Shown here piece after piece: positions 1 to 9,658 of a stretch of DNA of 64,000 nt; the stretch's first letter is position 1; every line of letters starts with the position of its first letter. The notes under the pieces were generated by a model. The model had not been told where the DNA came from. It saw nothing but the letters and a program-made list of their open reading frames with translations, and made no database searches. A program made the position numbers and the translations under genes. This stretch comes from an uncultured Actinomycetota bacterium (GTDB lineage: Bacteria > Actinomycetota > Actinomycetes > Actinomycetales > CAWJMD01), in NCBI GenBank assembly GCA_963843835.1, contig CAWJMD010000001.1, forward strand, positions 938,295 through 1,002,294, written 5' to 3'.

Positions 1-1898
1 ACAACGGACTTCGGCGAGAGCTGGTGGTCGCCGACCCACGGGTGCCCCTGCCGGTACGTCTCGTACGCCGCTTCGAGCAGCTCGGCCAGGGGTCGTGGGT
101 GCGTGACCTCCTCCAACAGCTCCATCCGCTCCTCGTACTCGATGCCGTCGGCCTTCATCGCGGCGACGGCCTCGCCCCGGGCGCGGAACTGCTGGGCCGA
201 CAGCACCTGCCGCGGGTCCTCGAGGGTGGCCTCGATCACCGACACGATGTCGAGGGCGTAGGCGTCCGGACCGTCCGGCGTCTCGGGGTCGAGCAGCTCG
301 ATGGCGGCCAGCGCGAAGGTCGAGAGGGGCTGGTTGAGGGCGAAGTTCGCCGGGAGGTCCACGGTCAGCCGCACCGTGCGGCCCTGCTCGTCCGGCAGAG
401 GGAGGCGCTCGACCACGCCGGCGGCCAGCAACGCGCGGTAGGCGCGGACGGCGTCCTTGACGTGGCGGCCCCGCCGTCCCGGGGGCTCGTGGTTGTCGGT
501 GAGCAGCCGGCGCATCGCCACGAAGGCGTCCCCGGGCCTGGCCACGACGTTGAGCAGCATGGCGTGGCTCACGCGGAAGTGGCTGGTCAGCGGCTCGGGC
601 GCCGACGCGACCAGCCGGTCGTGCGTGGACGACGACCACGAGACGAACCCCTCGGGCGGCGACTTGCGCTGCACCTTGCGCCGCTTCTTCGGGTCCTCAC
701 CCGCCTTCGCCAGCGCCTTGAGGTTCTCGACCTCGTGGTCGGGAGCCTGCACCACGACCGTGCCTGCGGTGTCGAAGCCGGCCCGCCCGGCGCGGCCGGC
801 GACCTGGTGGAACTCGCGCGCCTTCAGGTGCCGCTGCCGCACGCCGTCGTACTTGCTGAGGGACGTGAGGAGCACCGTGCGGATCGGCACGTTGATCCCG
901 ACCCCCAGGGTGTCGGTGCCGCACACCACCTTCAGCAGGCCCGCCTGGGCGAGCTGCTCCACCAGCCGCCGGTACTTCGGCAGCATGCCGGCGTGGTGGA
1001 CGCCGATCCCGTGCCGCACGAGGCGCGAGAGGGTCTTGCCGAAGCCGGTGCCGAACCGGAAGTCGCCGATGGCGTCAGCGATCGCGTCCTTCTCCTCGCG
1101 CGTGCAGACGTTGACGCTCATCAGGGCCTGCGCGCGCTCGATGGCTGCGACCTGCGTGAAGTGGACCACGTAGATGGGGGCCTGCCGGGTGTCGAGCAGG
1201 TCGGCGATCGTCTCGTGCACCGGTGTCGTCGCGTAGTAGTGGTGCAGCGGAACGGGTCTCGCCACCGACGTGACCTGCGCGGTCGGGCGTCCGGTGCGGC
1301 GGGTGAGGTCGTGCGCGAAGAAGTCGACGTCTCCCAGGGTGGCCGACATCAGCACGAACTGGGCCTGCGGGAGCTCCAGCAGCGGCACCTGCCACGCCCA
1401 GCCGCGGTCCGGCTCGCCGTAGAAGTGGAACTCGTCCATCACGACCTGGCCGATGTCGGCGGCGTCCCCCTCGCGCAGCGCCTGGTTCGCCAGCACCTCC
1501 GCGGTGCAGCAGATGATCGGCGCGCCGGGGTTCACGGCGGCGTCGCCGGTGAGCATGCCGACGCGGGCGGCGCCGAACACGTCGATGAGGGCGAAGAACT
1601 TCTCGCTCACGAGGGCCTTGATCGGGGCCGTGTAGTAGGTGCGCCGTCCGTCGGCGAGGGCCGCGAGGTGGGCCGCGAGGGCGATCAGCGACTTCCCGGA
1701 CCCGGTCGGGGTCGAGACGATCACGTTGGCGCCGGTGACGACCTCGAGCAGAGCCTCCTCCTGGGCGGGGTAGAGCGTCAGAGCCTGCCGGTCGGTCCAG
1801 GCGGTGAAGGCGTCGACGACGTTCTCGGGCGTGAGGTCGCTGGTGTCGAGGCGCCGGGTGGAGGTGGTCGACCCGGCGCTCGTGCTGGTGGGAGACAT
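1..1898 (-). CDS. DEAD/DEAH-box helicase (Ski2/HelY-like, DUF3516-type), 3' end runs off window
   Basis: Manual minus-strand translation from ATG 1898: LYPAQEEA Q-motif, TPTGSGKS Walker A, VMDEFH motif II, MSAT motif III, QVAGRAGRAG motif VI. Absent from the ORF track because there is no stop in the window. Confidence 0.92.
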   Translation of the reverse strand, partial: MSPTSTSAGSTTSTRRLDTSDLTPENVVDAFTAWTDRQALTLYPAQEEALLEVVTGANVIVSTPTGSGKSLIALAAHLAALADGRRTYYTAPIKALVSEKFFALIDVFGAARVGMLTGDAAVNPGAPIICCTAEVLANQALREGDAADIGQVVMDEFHFYGEPDRGWAWQVPLLELPQAQFVLMSATLGDVDFFAHDLTRRTGRPTAQVTSVARPVPLHHYYATTPVHETIADLLDTRQAPIYVVHFTQVAAIERAQALMSVNVCTREEKDAIADAIGDFRFGTGFGKTLSRLVRHGIGVHHAGMLPKYRRLVEQLAQAGLLKVVCGTDTLGVGINVPIRTVLLTSLSKYDGVRQRHLKAREFHQVAGRAGRAGFDTAGTVVVQAPDHEVENLKALAKAGEDPKKRRKVQRKSPPEGFVSWSSSTHDRLVASAPEPLTSHFRVSHAMLLNVVARPGDAFVAMRRLLTDNHEPPGRRGRHVKDAVRAYRALLAAGVVERLPLPDEQGRTVRLTVDLPANFALNQPLSTFALAAIELLDPETPDGPDAYALDIVSVIEATLEDPRQVLSAQQFRARGEAVAAMKADGIEYEERMELLEEVTHPRPLAELLEAAYETYRQGHPWVGDHQLSPKSV

Positions 1899-1953
1899 CA
1901 CCGCTGAGTCTGGCAGGGGTGACAGGCGCGCCCTGCCATCCCCTACTCGGCAG

Positions 1954-2451
1954 ATGCGACAAGACGGACCACGACGGGGACGTCCAGTGCTTCGCCGGGC
2001 GGCAGCCGGCCTGGTCCTCCTCGGCGCCCTCGGGCTCACGGCCGGGTCGGCGGTGGCGGCGCCGCCCGCCGTCGGGGCAGTTCATCCCCGTGGAGGCCAC
2101 CCTCCGGCATACGTGATCTACGGGGGACAGGTGGTCGGCAACCTCTCGGGTCCGGTCGCCGACGCGACGGTGGTCCTCACCGAGGACGGTGCGTTGATCA
2201 CCGGCATCGGCCTGTTGGACGTCGACGCGGTGAACCTGGCGGGCGAACCCGTGGACCTCGAGCGCCGGATGCGCAACGGGTGGACCGTCGACATCAGCGA
2301 CCCCGTGGTGGAGACGACCCCGTCACCCACGGCACGGCGCCGGCTCCGTCCACGTCCACGGGCTGGTCACCCTCGGTGTGGCGCTGCGGCGACGGGCGGC
2401 GCGCGGCCGTTCCTGATCGTGGCAGGCTCGGCGTCCCCCTCGGAAAGGTGA
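1954..2451 (+). CDS. Putative secreted protein; possible internal compensated frameshift near 2335-2385
   Basis: RRAAAGLVLLGALGLTAGSAVA signal-like N-terminus. Codon quality drops at ~2335-2385, where another frame reads GSVHVHGLVTLG. Confidence 0.55.
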   Translation: MRQDGPRRGRPVLRRAAAGLVLLGALGLTAGSAVAAPPAVGAVHPRGGHPPAYVIYGGQVVGNLSGPVADATVVLTEDGALITGIGLLDVDAVNLAGEPVDLERRMRNGWTVDISDPVVETTPSPTARRRLRPRPRAGHPRCGAAATGGARPFLIVAGSASPSER

Positions 2452-2455
2452 CCCG

Positions 2456-2878
2456 ATGCCCAAGCCCCCGCTCCCCGATGACGTCGCGGAGCTCCTGCGC
2501 CAGCCGAACCCGGCGGTGGTCGCCGTCCTGATGCCGAGCGGCGACCCGATGTCGGTGGCGACCTGGTACCTCGTCGAGGACGACGGCCGCATCCTGCTCA
2601 ACATGGACGCGCGCCGCGCCCGTGTCGACTGGATGAAGGCCCGGCCCCAGGTCGCGCTGACCGCCCTCAAGGACGGGGAGTGGTACACCCACGTCAGCGT
2701 CCGCGGGCCCGTCGTCGAGTGGGAGGCCGACGAGGCGCGTGCGCTGGCCGACATCGACCGGCTGTCGACGCACTACACCGGCAACCCGTACCGGGTGCGC
2801 GACCGGGCACGAATCAGCGCGTGGATGCAGGTCGAGCACTGGCACGGCTGGGGCGAGGCGAAGGCCCCCGGCGCGTAG
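2456..2878 (+). CDS. PPOX-class (split beta-barrel) F420-dependent oxidoreductase
   Basis: 140 aa; PNPAVVA...GDPMSVATWY...PQVALT...YTHVSVRG pattern. Confidence 0.85.
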   Translation: MPKPPLPDDVAELLRQPNPAVVAVLMPSGDPMSVATWYLVEDDGRILLNMDARRARVDWMKARPQVALTALKDGEWYTHVSVRGPVVEWEADEARALADIDRLSTHYTGNPYRVRDRARISAWMQVEHWHGWGEAKAPGA

Positions 2879-2992
2879 CCGCCCGTACGCACCCAAATGG
2901 GGCAGGGGGATCCACATGAGCCATAGACCCCTCCTGTGAACCGTGGGTACGTTGGCACGCGCTCCGTCCCCCCATGTGACAAAGGAGTCGCA

Positions 2993-4588
2993 ATGCATAA
3001 CGGTCTGTCCCTTCGGCGCCCCGCGGCGGTACTCGCCGCCGGCGCCCTCGTCGGGCTCGGTCTGGTGGCGTCACCCGCCGCCGCCGCGCCGTCCGACACC
3101 GCCTGTGACAAGCGCACCAACAACACCTACGACAAGGTCCTCGAGTGCGTCCGTCTCGAGGGCGTCCGCGAGCACCAGGCGGCGCTGCAGGCGATCGCCG
3201 ACGCCAACGGCGGCATCCGTGCCGCGGGCACCCCCGGCTACACCGAGAGCGTCGACTACGTGGTCGACCGCCTCACCGCCGCCGGGTGGAACGTCACGCT
3301 CGACGAGTTCCCCTTCACGTTCACCCCTCCGCCCACGCTCCAGCAGCTGACCCCGGTCTCCGGCACCTACGAGACGGGCGCCTACACGGGGACGGGTTTC
3401 GGTTCGGTGACCGGCAACGTCGTCCCCGTCGACCTGGCCCTGGCTCCCCCGCGTGCGAGCACGAGCGGGTGCGAGGCCGCGGACTTCACGGGGCTCGACT
3501 TCTCGGGACCGTCGGACATCGCGCTGATCCAGCGGGGGACGTGCGCGTTCGCCACCAAGGCGCTCAACGCCGAGGCTGCGGGTGCCGAGGCGGTCATCAT
3601 CTTCAACCAGGGCAACTCGCCCGACCGTGAGGGCCTGATCGTGGGGACGCTCGGCGGCCTGAACGTCGTCGCGATCCCGGTGGTCGGCGCGTCCTTCGCG
3701 GACGGTGTCGCGCTCTCCCAGTCGGGCTCGACCGCGCTGGTCGACGTCGACCCGCCGGAGTCGCGGCCCCAGGTCAACGTCATCGCGGAGCTGCCAGGCT
3801 CCAACAACAACAACGTCGTGATGGCAGGTGCGCACCTCGACTCGGTGCAGCGTGGCCCGGGGATCAACGACAACGGCAGCGGCTCGGCAGCTCTGATCGA
3901 GGTGGCCGAGACGATCTCCAAGCTGCGTCCGCAGAACACCGTGCGCTTCGCGTGGTGGGGCGCTGAGGAGTCGGGCCTCGTCGGGTCCTCGGACTACGTC
4001 GCCAACCTCAGCCAGGCCGAGAAGGACCGCATCGCGCTGTACCTGAACTTCGACATGATCGGTTCGCCGAACTACGTCTTCCAGGTCTACGACGCGAACG
4101 AGTCCAGCTTCGTGGCTCCAGTGGCCGTGCCTCAGGGCTCCCAGGCGATCGAGCGGCTGTTCGAGCAGTTCTACACGCTGCGCGGTGAGCCGTACGACGA
4201 CTCGGCGTTCAGTGGCCGCAGCGACTACCAGGCGTTCATCAACAACGACATCCCCTCCAGTGGCCTGTTCACCGGAGCCGAGGTCGTCAAGACGGTCCAG
4301 CAGGCATCGATCTGGGGCGGCACGGCCGGGGCGCAGTTCGACCCCTGCTACCACCTCGCCTGCGACACGTTCGACAACAACAGCAACCACGCTCTGGAGG
4401 TCAACGCCGACGCGGTCGCGTTCGCCGTGACGACCTACGCCTACTCCACGGAGACGGTGAACGGCGTCAAGGGCAAGAAGGTCCCGGGCAACTTCACCAT
4501 CCCGGAGCCGGCCGGCCCGCGTCACACCTTCGCCGGCCCGCTCGGCGGCGGCGGCGTGCACGACGAGCACTCCACGCCGGGGAGCTGA
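2993..4588 (+). CDS. Secreted M28 aminopeptidase with PA domain
   Basis: AAGGAG RBS before ATG 2993; signal peptide; PA motif IALIQRGTCAF..KA.NA..AGA; M28 motifs GAHLDSV, GINDNGSGSA, WGAEESGLVGS, YLNFDMIGS, DPCYH. Confidence 0.93.
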   Translation: MHNGLSLRRPAAVLAAGALVGLGLVASPAAAAPSDTACDKRTNNTYDKVLECVRLEGVREHQAALQAIADANGGIRAAGTPGYTESVDYVVDRLTAAGWNVTLDEFPFTFTPPPTLQQLTPVSGTYETGAYTGTGFGSVTGNVVPVDLALAPPRASTSGCEAADFTGLDFSGPSDIALIQRGTCAFATKALNAEAAGAEAVIIFNQGNSPDREGLIVGTLGGLNVVAIPVVGASFADGVALSQSGSTALVDVDPPESRPQVNVIAELPGSNNNNVVMAGAHLDSVQRGPGINDNGSGSAALIEVAETISKLRPQNTVRFAWWGAEESGLVGSSDYVANLSQAEKDRIALYLNFDMIGSPNYVFQVYDANESSFVAPVAVPQGSQAIERLFEQFYTLRGEPYDDSAFSGRSDYQAFINNDIPSSGLFTGAEVVKTVQQASIWGGTAGAQFDPCYHLACDTFDNNSNHALEVNADAVAFAVTTYAYSTETVNGVKGKKVPGNFTIPEPAGPRHTFAGPLGGGGVHDEHSTPGS

Positions 4589-4600
4589 TCCCAGGCAGAT

Positions 4601-4636
4601 CGGGACCCCGGGTCGCTCAGGCGGCCCGGGGTCCCG
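4601..4636. terminator. GC-rich hairpin between convergent genes
   Basis: cgggaccccgggtcgc-tcag-gcggcccggggtcccg, 16-bp stem with one G-T pair. Confidence 0.7.
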
Positions 4637-4648
4637 TTCGTGCGCGGG

Positions 4649-5923
4649 CTACCCCCGCAGGACCCGGATCTCGTCCTCGATGGCGGCGGCGAGCCCTGCA
4701 GCGTCCACGTCCAGCTCGGAGTCCGCCGCAACACCGACCGTCACCGTGCCGGCGTAGCTGAACAGGCTGATCCCCAGCCCGATCCGGCCGATCTGCGGGA
4801 CCCAGAACACGACGTCGTCGACGATGCACCCGGCCACGCTCAGGCGCTCCCGCGGCCCGGGGACGTTCGTGACGACGGCGCTGGCGCTCTCCTCGAGCAG
4901 CCGGACGGCGGCCCAGCGCCCGGCGGCGGGCAGCGCGCCGACGATGCGCAGCAGGGTGAACGTCGCACCGGCCTGGGCAGAGCCCTTGAGCTCAGTCGTC
5001 TGCCGGACGATGGCGCGCACCCGCTCGCCGGGGTCACCGGCGCCGACGGGCAGGGACACGAACACGATGCCGAACCGGTTGCCGAGGTTGCTGGGCACGG
5101 GCGCCCCACCTCGCAGGTCGACGGGCACGAGCACGCGCAGGTCCGACACGTGGCTGCCCACGTCCAGCAGGTGGGTCCGCAGACCGCCCGCGGTCGCTGC
5201 CAGGAGGACGTCGTTGATGCTGACGTCGTGCGCCCGGGCTGCGGCCCGCACGTCGTCGAGGTCGTGCGGACGGGTCCAGGCCAGGGTCTTCGCGGTCTGC
5301 AGCGGCCCCCGCAGCGCGGTGGGCGGCTCCCCGACGGTCGCCCCCAGGCGGGTCAGCGTACGGAGGACGGAGCCCGCCACGCGCACCGCGACGCCGAGGG
5401 CGTTGGCGGACAACGGCTTCCCGGTGCGTGCCGGCGTGGAGGCCGGCTCGTCCGCCAGGCTGAGCATCACCCGAGCGAGGGCCATGCCGTCCGCCAGGCT
5501 GTGGTGGAACCGCGCGACGAGGGCGCTGCCACCGGCCGTGGTGCGCACGACGTCGATCCGCCAGAGCGGCCGGGTGCGGTCCAGCGGCGTGGAGACGAGG
5601 TCGCTCGCCAGCTCCTGCAGACCCGCCTCGTCGACGGGTGACCCGTGCGCCTCGACGACGTGCGCCGACACGTCGAAGCCTGGGTGGTCGGTCCAACGCG
5701 GCGTGAACCCCGGCAGGCGGGACCGCTGCGCGAGATGCGTCAGGCGGGGATGACGCGCCACGAGGCGGTCGCTGACCAGTTCCCGGAGGGCGCCGACGTC
5801 GATGGGCCCGGAGAGCTGGAGCACGGCGGTCACCACGACGCGGTTCTCGGGCTGCTCCACCCCGATCCAGGCCGCGTCGCCGAAGGCCATCCGCTCCGAC
5901 CGGTTCACTGCCCCATCCTGCAC
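4649..5923 (-). CDS. Wax ester synthase/diacylglycerol acyltransferase (WS/DGAT)
   Basis: Catalytic HHSLADG; PLDRTRPLW; SINDVLLA; VTNVPGP. Confidence 0.92.
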   Translation of the reverse strand: MQDGAVNRSERMAFGDAAWIGVEQPENRVVVTAVLQLSGPIDVGALRELVSDRLVARHPRLTHLAQRSRLPGFTPRWTDHPGFDVSAHVVEAHGSPVDEAGLQELASDLVSTPLDRTRPLWRIDVVRTTAGGSALVARFHHSLADGMALARVMLSLADEPASTPARTGKPLSANALGVAVRVAGSVLRTLTRLGATVGEPPTALRGPLQTAKTLAWTRPHDLDDVRAAARAHDVSINDVLLAATAGGLRTHLLDVGSHVSDLRVLVPVDLRGGAPVPSNLGNRFGIVFVSLPVGAGDPGERVRAIVRQTTELKGSAQAGATFTLLRIVGALPAAGRWAAVRLLEESASAVVTNVPGPRERLSVAGCIVDDVVFWVPQIGRIGLGISLFSYAGTVTVGVAADSELDVDAAGLAAAIEDEIRVLRG

Positions 5924-6002
5924 CTGCGACGAGCGTGACGGTCCACCGGTTCGGGACTTCCGACCCGTGCCGGGGCCCGGACCCCCTGCCTAGCCTGCAC
6001 AG

Positions 6003-6959
6003 ATGCCGGCCGACCGCGACACCTCCCGCGTGCCCTCTCCTGCGCCCGACGGGGCGATGGAGCTCGACGAGATCTCGGAGCTGCGCAGGTCGCTCGAGCT
6101 GGTCACGCCGGACGACGCTGCGGACGGCGACACCCTGAAGGAGGTGCCCGCGTGGCGGAAGGGGTACCCGTACCCGAAGAAGCTGCCCCGCGGCGAGTAC
6201 GAGGAGACCAAGCGCGCGCTGCAGATCGAGCTGCTGAAGCTTCAGCTGTGGGTCAAGGACACCGGCCAGCGGCTGCTGCTCGTCTTCGAGGGGCGCGACG
6301 CGGCCGGCAAGGGCGGCGTGATCAAGCGCTTCACCGAGCACCTCAACCCCCGTGGCGCGCGGGTCGTGGCGCTGGAGATCCCGTCCGAGCGGGAGCGCAC
6401 CCAGTGGTACTTCCAGCGGTACGTCAACCACCTGCCGGCCGCCGGCGAGATCGTGCTGTTCGACCGGTCCTGGTACAACCGCGCCGGCGTGGAGCGGGTG
6501 ATGGGGTTCTGCTCACCGGGTGAGTACCTGGAGTTCATGCGCGAGTGCCCCGAGTTCGAGCGGATGCTCGTGAACTCCGGCATCGACCTGTTCAAGCTGT
6601 GGTTCTCGGTCGGTCGCGACGAGCAGGCCCGCCGCTTCGCCGCGCGCCGCACCGACCCCGTCCGGCAGTGGAAGCTGTCGCCGACCGACCTGGCCAGCCT
6701 CGACAAGTGGGACGCGTACACCGAGGCCAAGGAGGCAATGTTCTTCTACACCGACACCCGTGACGCCCCGTGGACGGTGATCAAGTCCAACGACAAGAAG
6801 CGCGCCCGGCTGGAGGCGATGCGGGTGTTGCTGTCGCGGTTCGACTACCCCTCCAAGGACCACGACGTCGTCGGCGCTCCCGACCCCCTGATCGTCGGTC
6901 CGGCCGCGCGCGTCTTCGAGACGGACGAGAACCCGCACCCCCTGTTCCCGACGCTCTGA
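6003..6959 (+). CDS. ppk2: Polyphosphate kinase 2
   Basis: FEGRDAAGKGG Walker A, FDRSWYNRAGVERVMGFC, WKLSPTD, SNDKKRARLEAMR. Confidence 0.96.
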   Translation: MPADRDTSRVPSPAPDGAMELDEISELRRSLELVTPDDAADGDTLKEVPAWRKGYPYPKKLPRGEYEETKRALQIELLKLQLWVKDTGQRLLLVFEGRDAAGKGGVIKRFTEHLNPRGARVVALEIPSERERTQWYFQRYVNHLPAAGEIVLFDRSWYNRAGVERVMGFCSPGEYLEFMRECPEFERMLVNSGIDLFKLWFSVGRDEQARRFAARRTDPVRQWKLSPTDLASLDKWDAYTEAKEAMFFYTDTRDAPWTVIKSNDKKRARLEAMRVLLSRFDYPSKDHDVVGAPDPLIVGPAARVFETDENPHPLFPTL

Positions 6960-7024
6960 GCGCCCGGCCACCTGCCGCCGCGTAGGTTGGCCCTTCGGCG
7001 GCGTCGACAGGTAGGGGTTCGGCA

Positions 7025-9559
7025 GTGATCCGGGTGCTCACCATGCGGCGGGGACTCCCCGAGCTCCTCGCGGGCGCGCTCGCGGTCCTGACCTACTGCC
7101 TCGGCCAGGTGCTGTCCCGCCGCTTCCCGTTCGGGCCCGACACGCGCAGCGTCAACGACTACGCCACGCAGCTCGTCCCCCAGTACGCGCACCTGCGCGA
7201 CGTGCTGACCGGGCAGGCGACCGGGGACCTGTGGTTCAACTGGCAGAGCGCACTCGGGGTGCCGTACCTGGGGGACGTCGGCGTGTACATGTCGAGCCCC
7301 CTGTCGTTGCTCGTCGTGGTCTTCCCCCGCGACCAGATCGACCTGGCCGCCTTCGTCATCCACGTGCTGCACCTGGCGCTCGCCGCCGCCGCGATGACCT
7401 GGTACCTCCGCTGGATCGGTGACGGTTCCCGGCTGGTCGCGTCCGCGCTCGGCGCCGCCTACGCGGTCTGCGGGTGGGCCGTGGACGACGCCGGCTACCT
7501 GACCATCTGGCTGCCGGGCCTGATCGCGTTCCCGCTGATGGCCCTGGCCGGTGAGTGGGCGATCAGGTCGCAGCGGGTGGTGCTCGCCCCGCTGCTGGTG
7601 GCCCTGCCCTGGTACGCGAACTTCTACACCGCCTACATGGCCACCATCGGTGCCGGGCTGCTCGTGCTGTGCCGCCTGCTCGTGCTGGGCTGGAGCCGGC
7701 GGGACACGGCGCGGGCGGCGGTGCGCGTGGCCTGGACCTTCGGGCTCGGGGTGCTGCTGTCGGCGCCGCTTCTCGTCCCGGTGTGGGCGGCGAACAACCT
7801 CGCCCAGCCGTCCGGCTCGGCGGACCTGGAGCGCGCCGACCTGACCAGGTTCCTCGGTGCGAGCCCCGGCGACACGCTGTCGCGCCTGCTCCCTGCGACC
7901 GAGGGAGTGGGCCTGACACCGGGCCTGTTCGTGACCACACCCGTCCTGCTGCTGGCCCTGACCCTGCCGTGGAACCGGCGCCTGCCCGCCCGGGCCCGCG
8001 TCCTCTACCCCGCGACCGTGCTCGCCATCGTCGCGACCATGTTCTGGGTCCCCACGCACATGGCCTGGCACGGCTTCGACCTACCGGACGGCAGCCCCTA
8101 CCGGCAGGCGTTCGTCCTCTGCGGCCTGCTGACGGTGATGGCCTGGGTGTCGATCGGCCGCGACCTCCCGGACGTCGTGGCGTGGGGCGGGGGGCTGGTG
8201 CTCCTTGCCCTGGTGTGGGTGCTCGGTAACGGGTCCGAGTACACGTCGCGGTGGACGAACCCGCTCTTCGTCATCGTGCTGGTCGTGATCGCCGGGGTCG
8301 TCGTCCTGACGGGGAACCGACGTCAGGCCGCGGTCGTCCTCGGCGCCGCGATGTGCCTGGTGGTCGTGGCCGAGGGCTCCGTGACGGCCCTGGTGGTCGC
8401 CGAGGCCCACGACCGGTTCGCCAAGCGGCCGCCGTGGATCCCGCTGCTGCAGTCCGTCCGCGACGAGGCCCTCGCCGTGGACGCGTGGCCGCAGACGCGT
8501 ACGACCGTCGGTGCGGTGAGCACGCCCGGGTCCACGATCCGGTCCTCCCCGAACGACGCCATGCTGATCGGGGGCGAGAGCACCGGCTACTACAGCAGCC
8601 TGATGTCGCGGACCACGACCCGTGCGCTGCAGGCGGTCGGCGTGCCCTGGTCGGGGTTCAGCCGGAGCATCTTCGATACACCCGACCCGGCCCGGGACGC
8701 CGTACTGGGGATCGGACAACGAGTGGTGACCACGGCGTCCGGCGGTGTCCACGTCGAGCGCAGGGCGGCCGCACCGCTCGTCTCCGCCCGCCCCCTGCCG
8801 GAGGCGAGGGACAACCCCTTCCGCACCAGGAACAGCCTGTCGGGCACGCAGGCGTACACCGTGCCGCCCACCGAGGTGCTCTCGCCGGAGGGCGAGCCGC
8901 TACCGCTCAAGCGCCAGGGCGGCTACCGGCCCCGGGCGGCGGGGGACCGGCCCGCCGCCGTCCTGCGCGCGACCTGTCCTGCCGGGACCACCGTGCAGCT
9001 CACGGCGCCGGACATGGCCGGGTGGGTGCAGCTCGACGACGACCGGGTGGCGACGATCCTCACACCAGGCGCGCGAGAGCCGGGGTTCGTGTCGAGCGGT
9101 GGGCCCGTCGACCTTGGCCCCGCCCCGGCGGGCGAGTTCCGAGTGGACGTCTACGGCGGTCCCGTGGTCGTCCTGCCGTCCGAGCCGCTGGCCTGCTTCG
9201 ACGCTCAGGCGCTGGACGCCGGGATCCGGCAGCTCCAGGAGTCGGCGGCGGTCGTCACGGCCGGTGGCCACTCCTTCACCGCCCGCTGGGACGAGCCCGT
9301 CGAGGGCGACGCCCTGGCGCTGGTGACGGCGGTGTGGGGATGGCGCTGCAGCACCGGTGGCGCCTGGGAGCGGCCGCAGTCCGCCGCCGGGTTCATCGCC
9401 GTCGACATGGCCGGCTCGTCCGAGCTGACGTGCTCCTTCCGCCCGCCCGGCGTGCCGCAGGGCGCCGCCATCGGACTGCTCGCCCTGGCCGCCCTGCTCG
9501 TCACTCGCTCGACGGGGTTCGGCGCTGCTCCGATCGGGCGGTCCAAGCAGCGCTTCTAG
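7025..9559 (+). CDS. YfhO-family multi-pass membrane protein (GT-C-fold glycosyltransferase)
   Basis: 844 aa; NDYATQLVP, YMSSPL, ANFYTAYM, WHGF..P.GSPYRQAF, NDAM...YYSS; C-terminal GW...L.CSFRPPG plus TM helix. Confidence 0.82.
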   Translation: MIRVLTMRRGLPELLAGALAVLTYCLGQVLSRRFPFGPDTRSVNDYATQLVPQYAHLRDVLTGQATGDLWFNWQSALGVPYLGDVGVYMSSPLSLLVVVFPRDQIDLAAFVIHVLHLALAAAAMTWYLRWIGDGSRLVASALGAAYAVCGWAVDDAGYLTIWLPGLIAFPLMALAGEWAIRSQRVVLAPLLVALPWYANFYTAYMATIGAGLLVLCRLLVLGWSRRDTARAAVRVAWTFGLGVLLSAPLLVPVWAANNLAQPSGSADLERADLTRFLGASPGDTLSRLLPATEGVGLTPGLFVTTPVLLLALTLPWNRRLPARARVLYPATVLAIVATMFWVPTHMAWHGFDLPDGSPYRQAFVLCGLLTVMAWVSIGRDLPDVVAWGGGLVLLALVWVLGNGSEYTSRWTNPLFVIVLVVIAGVVVLTGNRRQAAVVLGAAMCLVVVAEGSVTALVVAEAHDRFAKRPPWIPLLQSVRDEALAVDAWPQTRTTVGAVSTPGSTIRSSPNDAMLIGGESTGYYSSLMSRTTTRALQAVGVPWSGFSRSIFDTPDPARDAVLGIGQRVVTTASGGVHVERRAAAPLVSARPLPEARDNPFRTRNSLSGTQAYTVPPTEVLSPEGEPLPLKRQGGYRPRAAGDRPAAVLRATCPAGTTVQLTAPDMAGWVQLDDDRVATILTPGAREPGFVSSGGPVDLGPAPAGEFRVDVYGGPVVVLPSEPLACFDAQALDAGIRQLQESAAVVTAGGHSFTARWDEPVEGDALALVTAVWGWRCSTGGAWERPQSAAGFIAVDMAGSSELTCSFRPPGVPQGAAIGLLALAALLVTRSTGFGAAPIGRSKQRF

Positions 9560-9658
9560 CCCGTTTGGTGACGTGTGTGGACGCTCGACGCCATTGGCGA
9601 CTCGTCCCCTCTAGGGTGTTCGACGGGGTTGTCCGGGACGGGCCGGTGGGGGGCGCAC

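Noticed and set aside
24-1907. 627-aa plus-strand ORF and the many other long overlapping ORFs (e.g. 21998-24802, 9611-11299, 52757-54721)
   Set aside because: Shadow frames of real genes in high-GC DNA; they are Arg/Gly/Pro-rich with no motifs.
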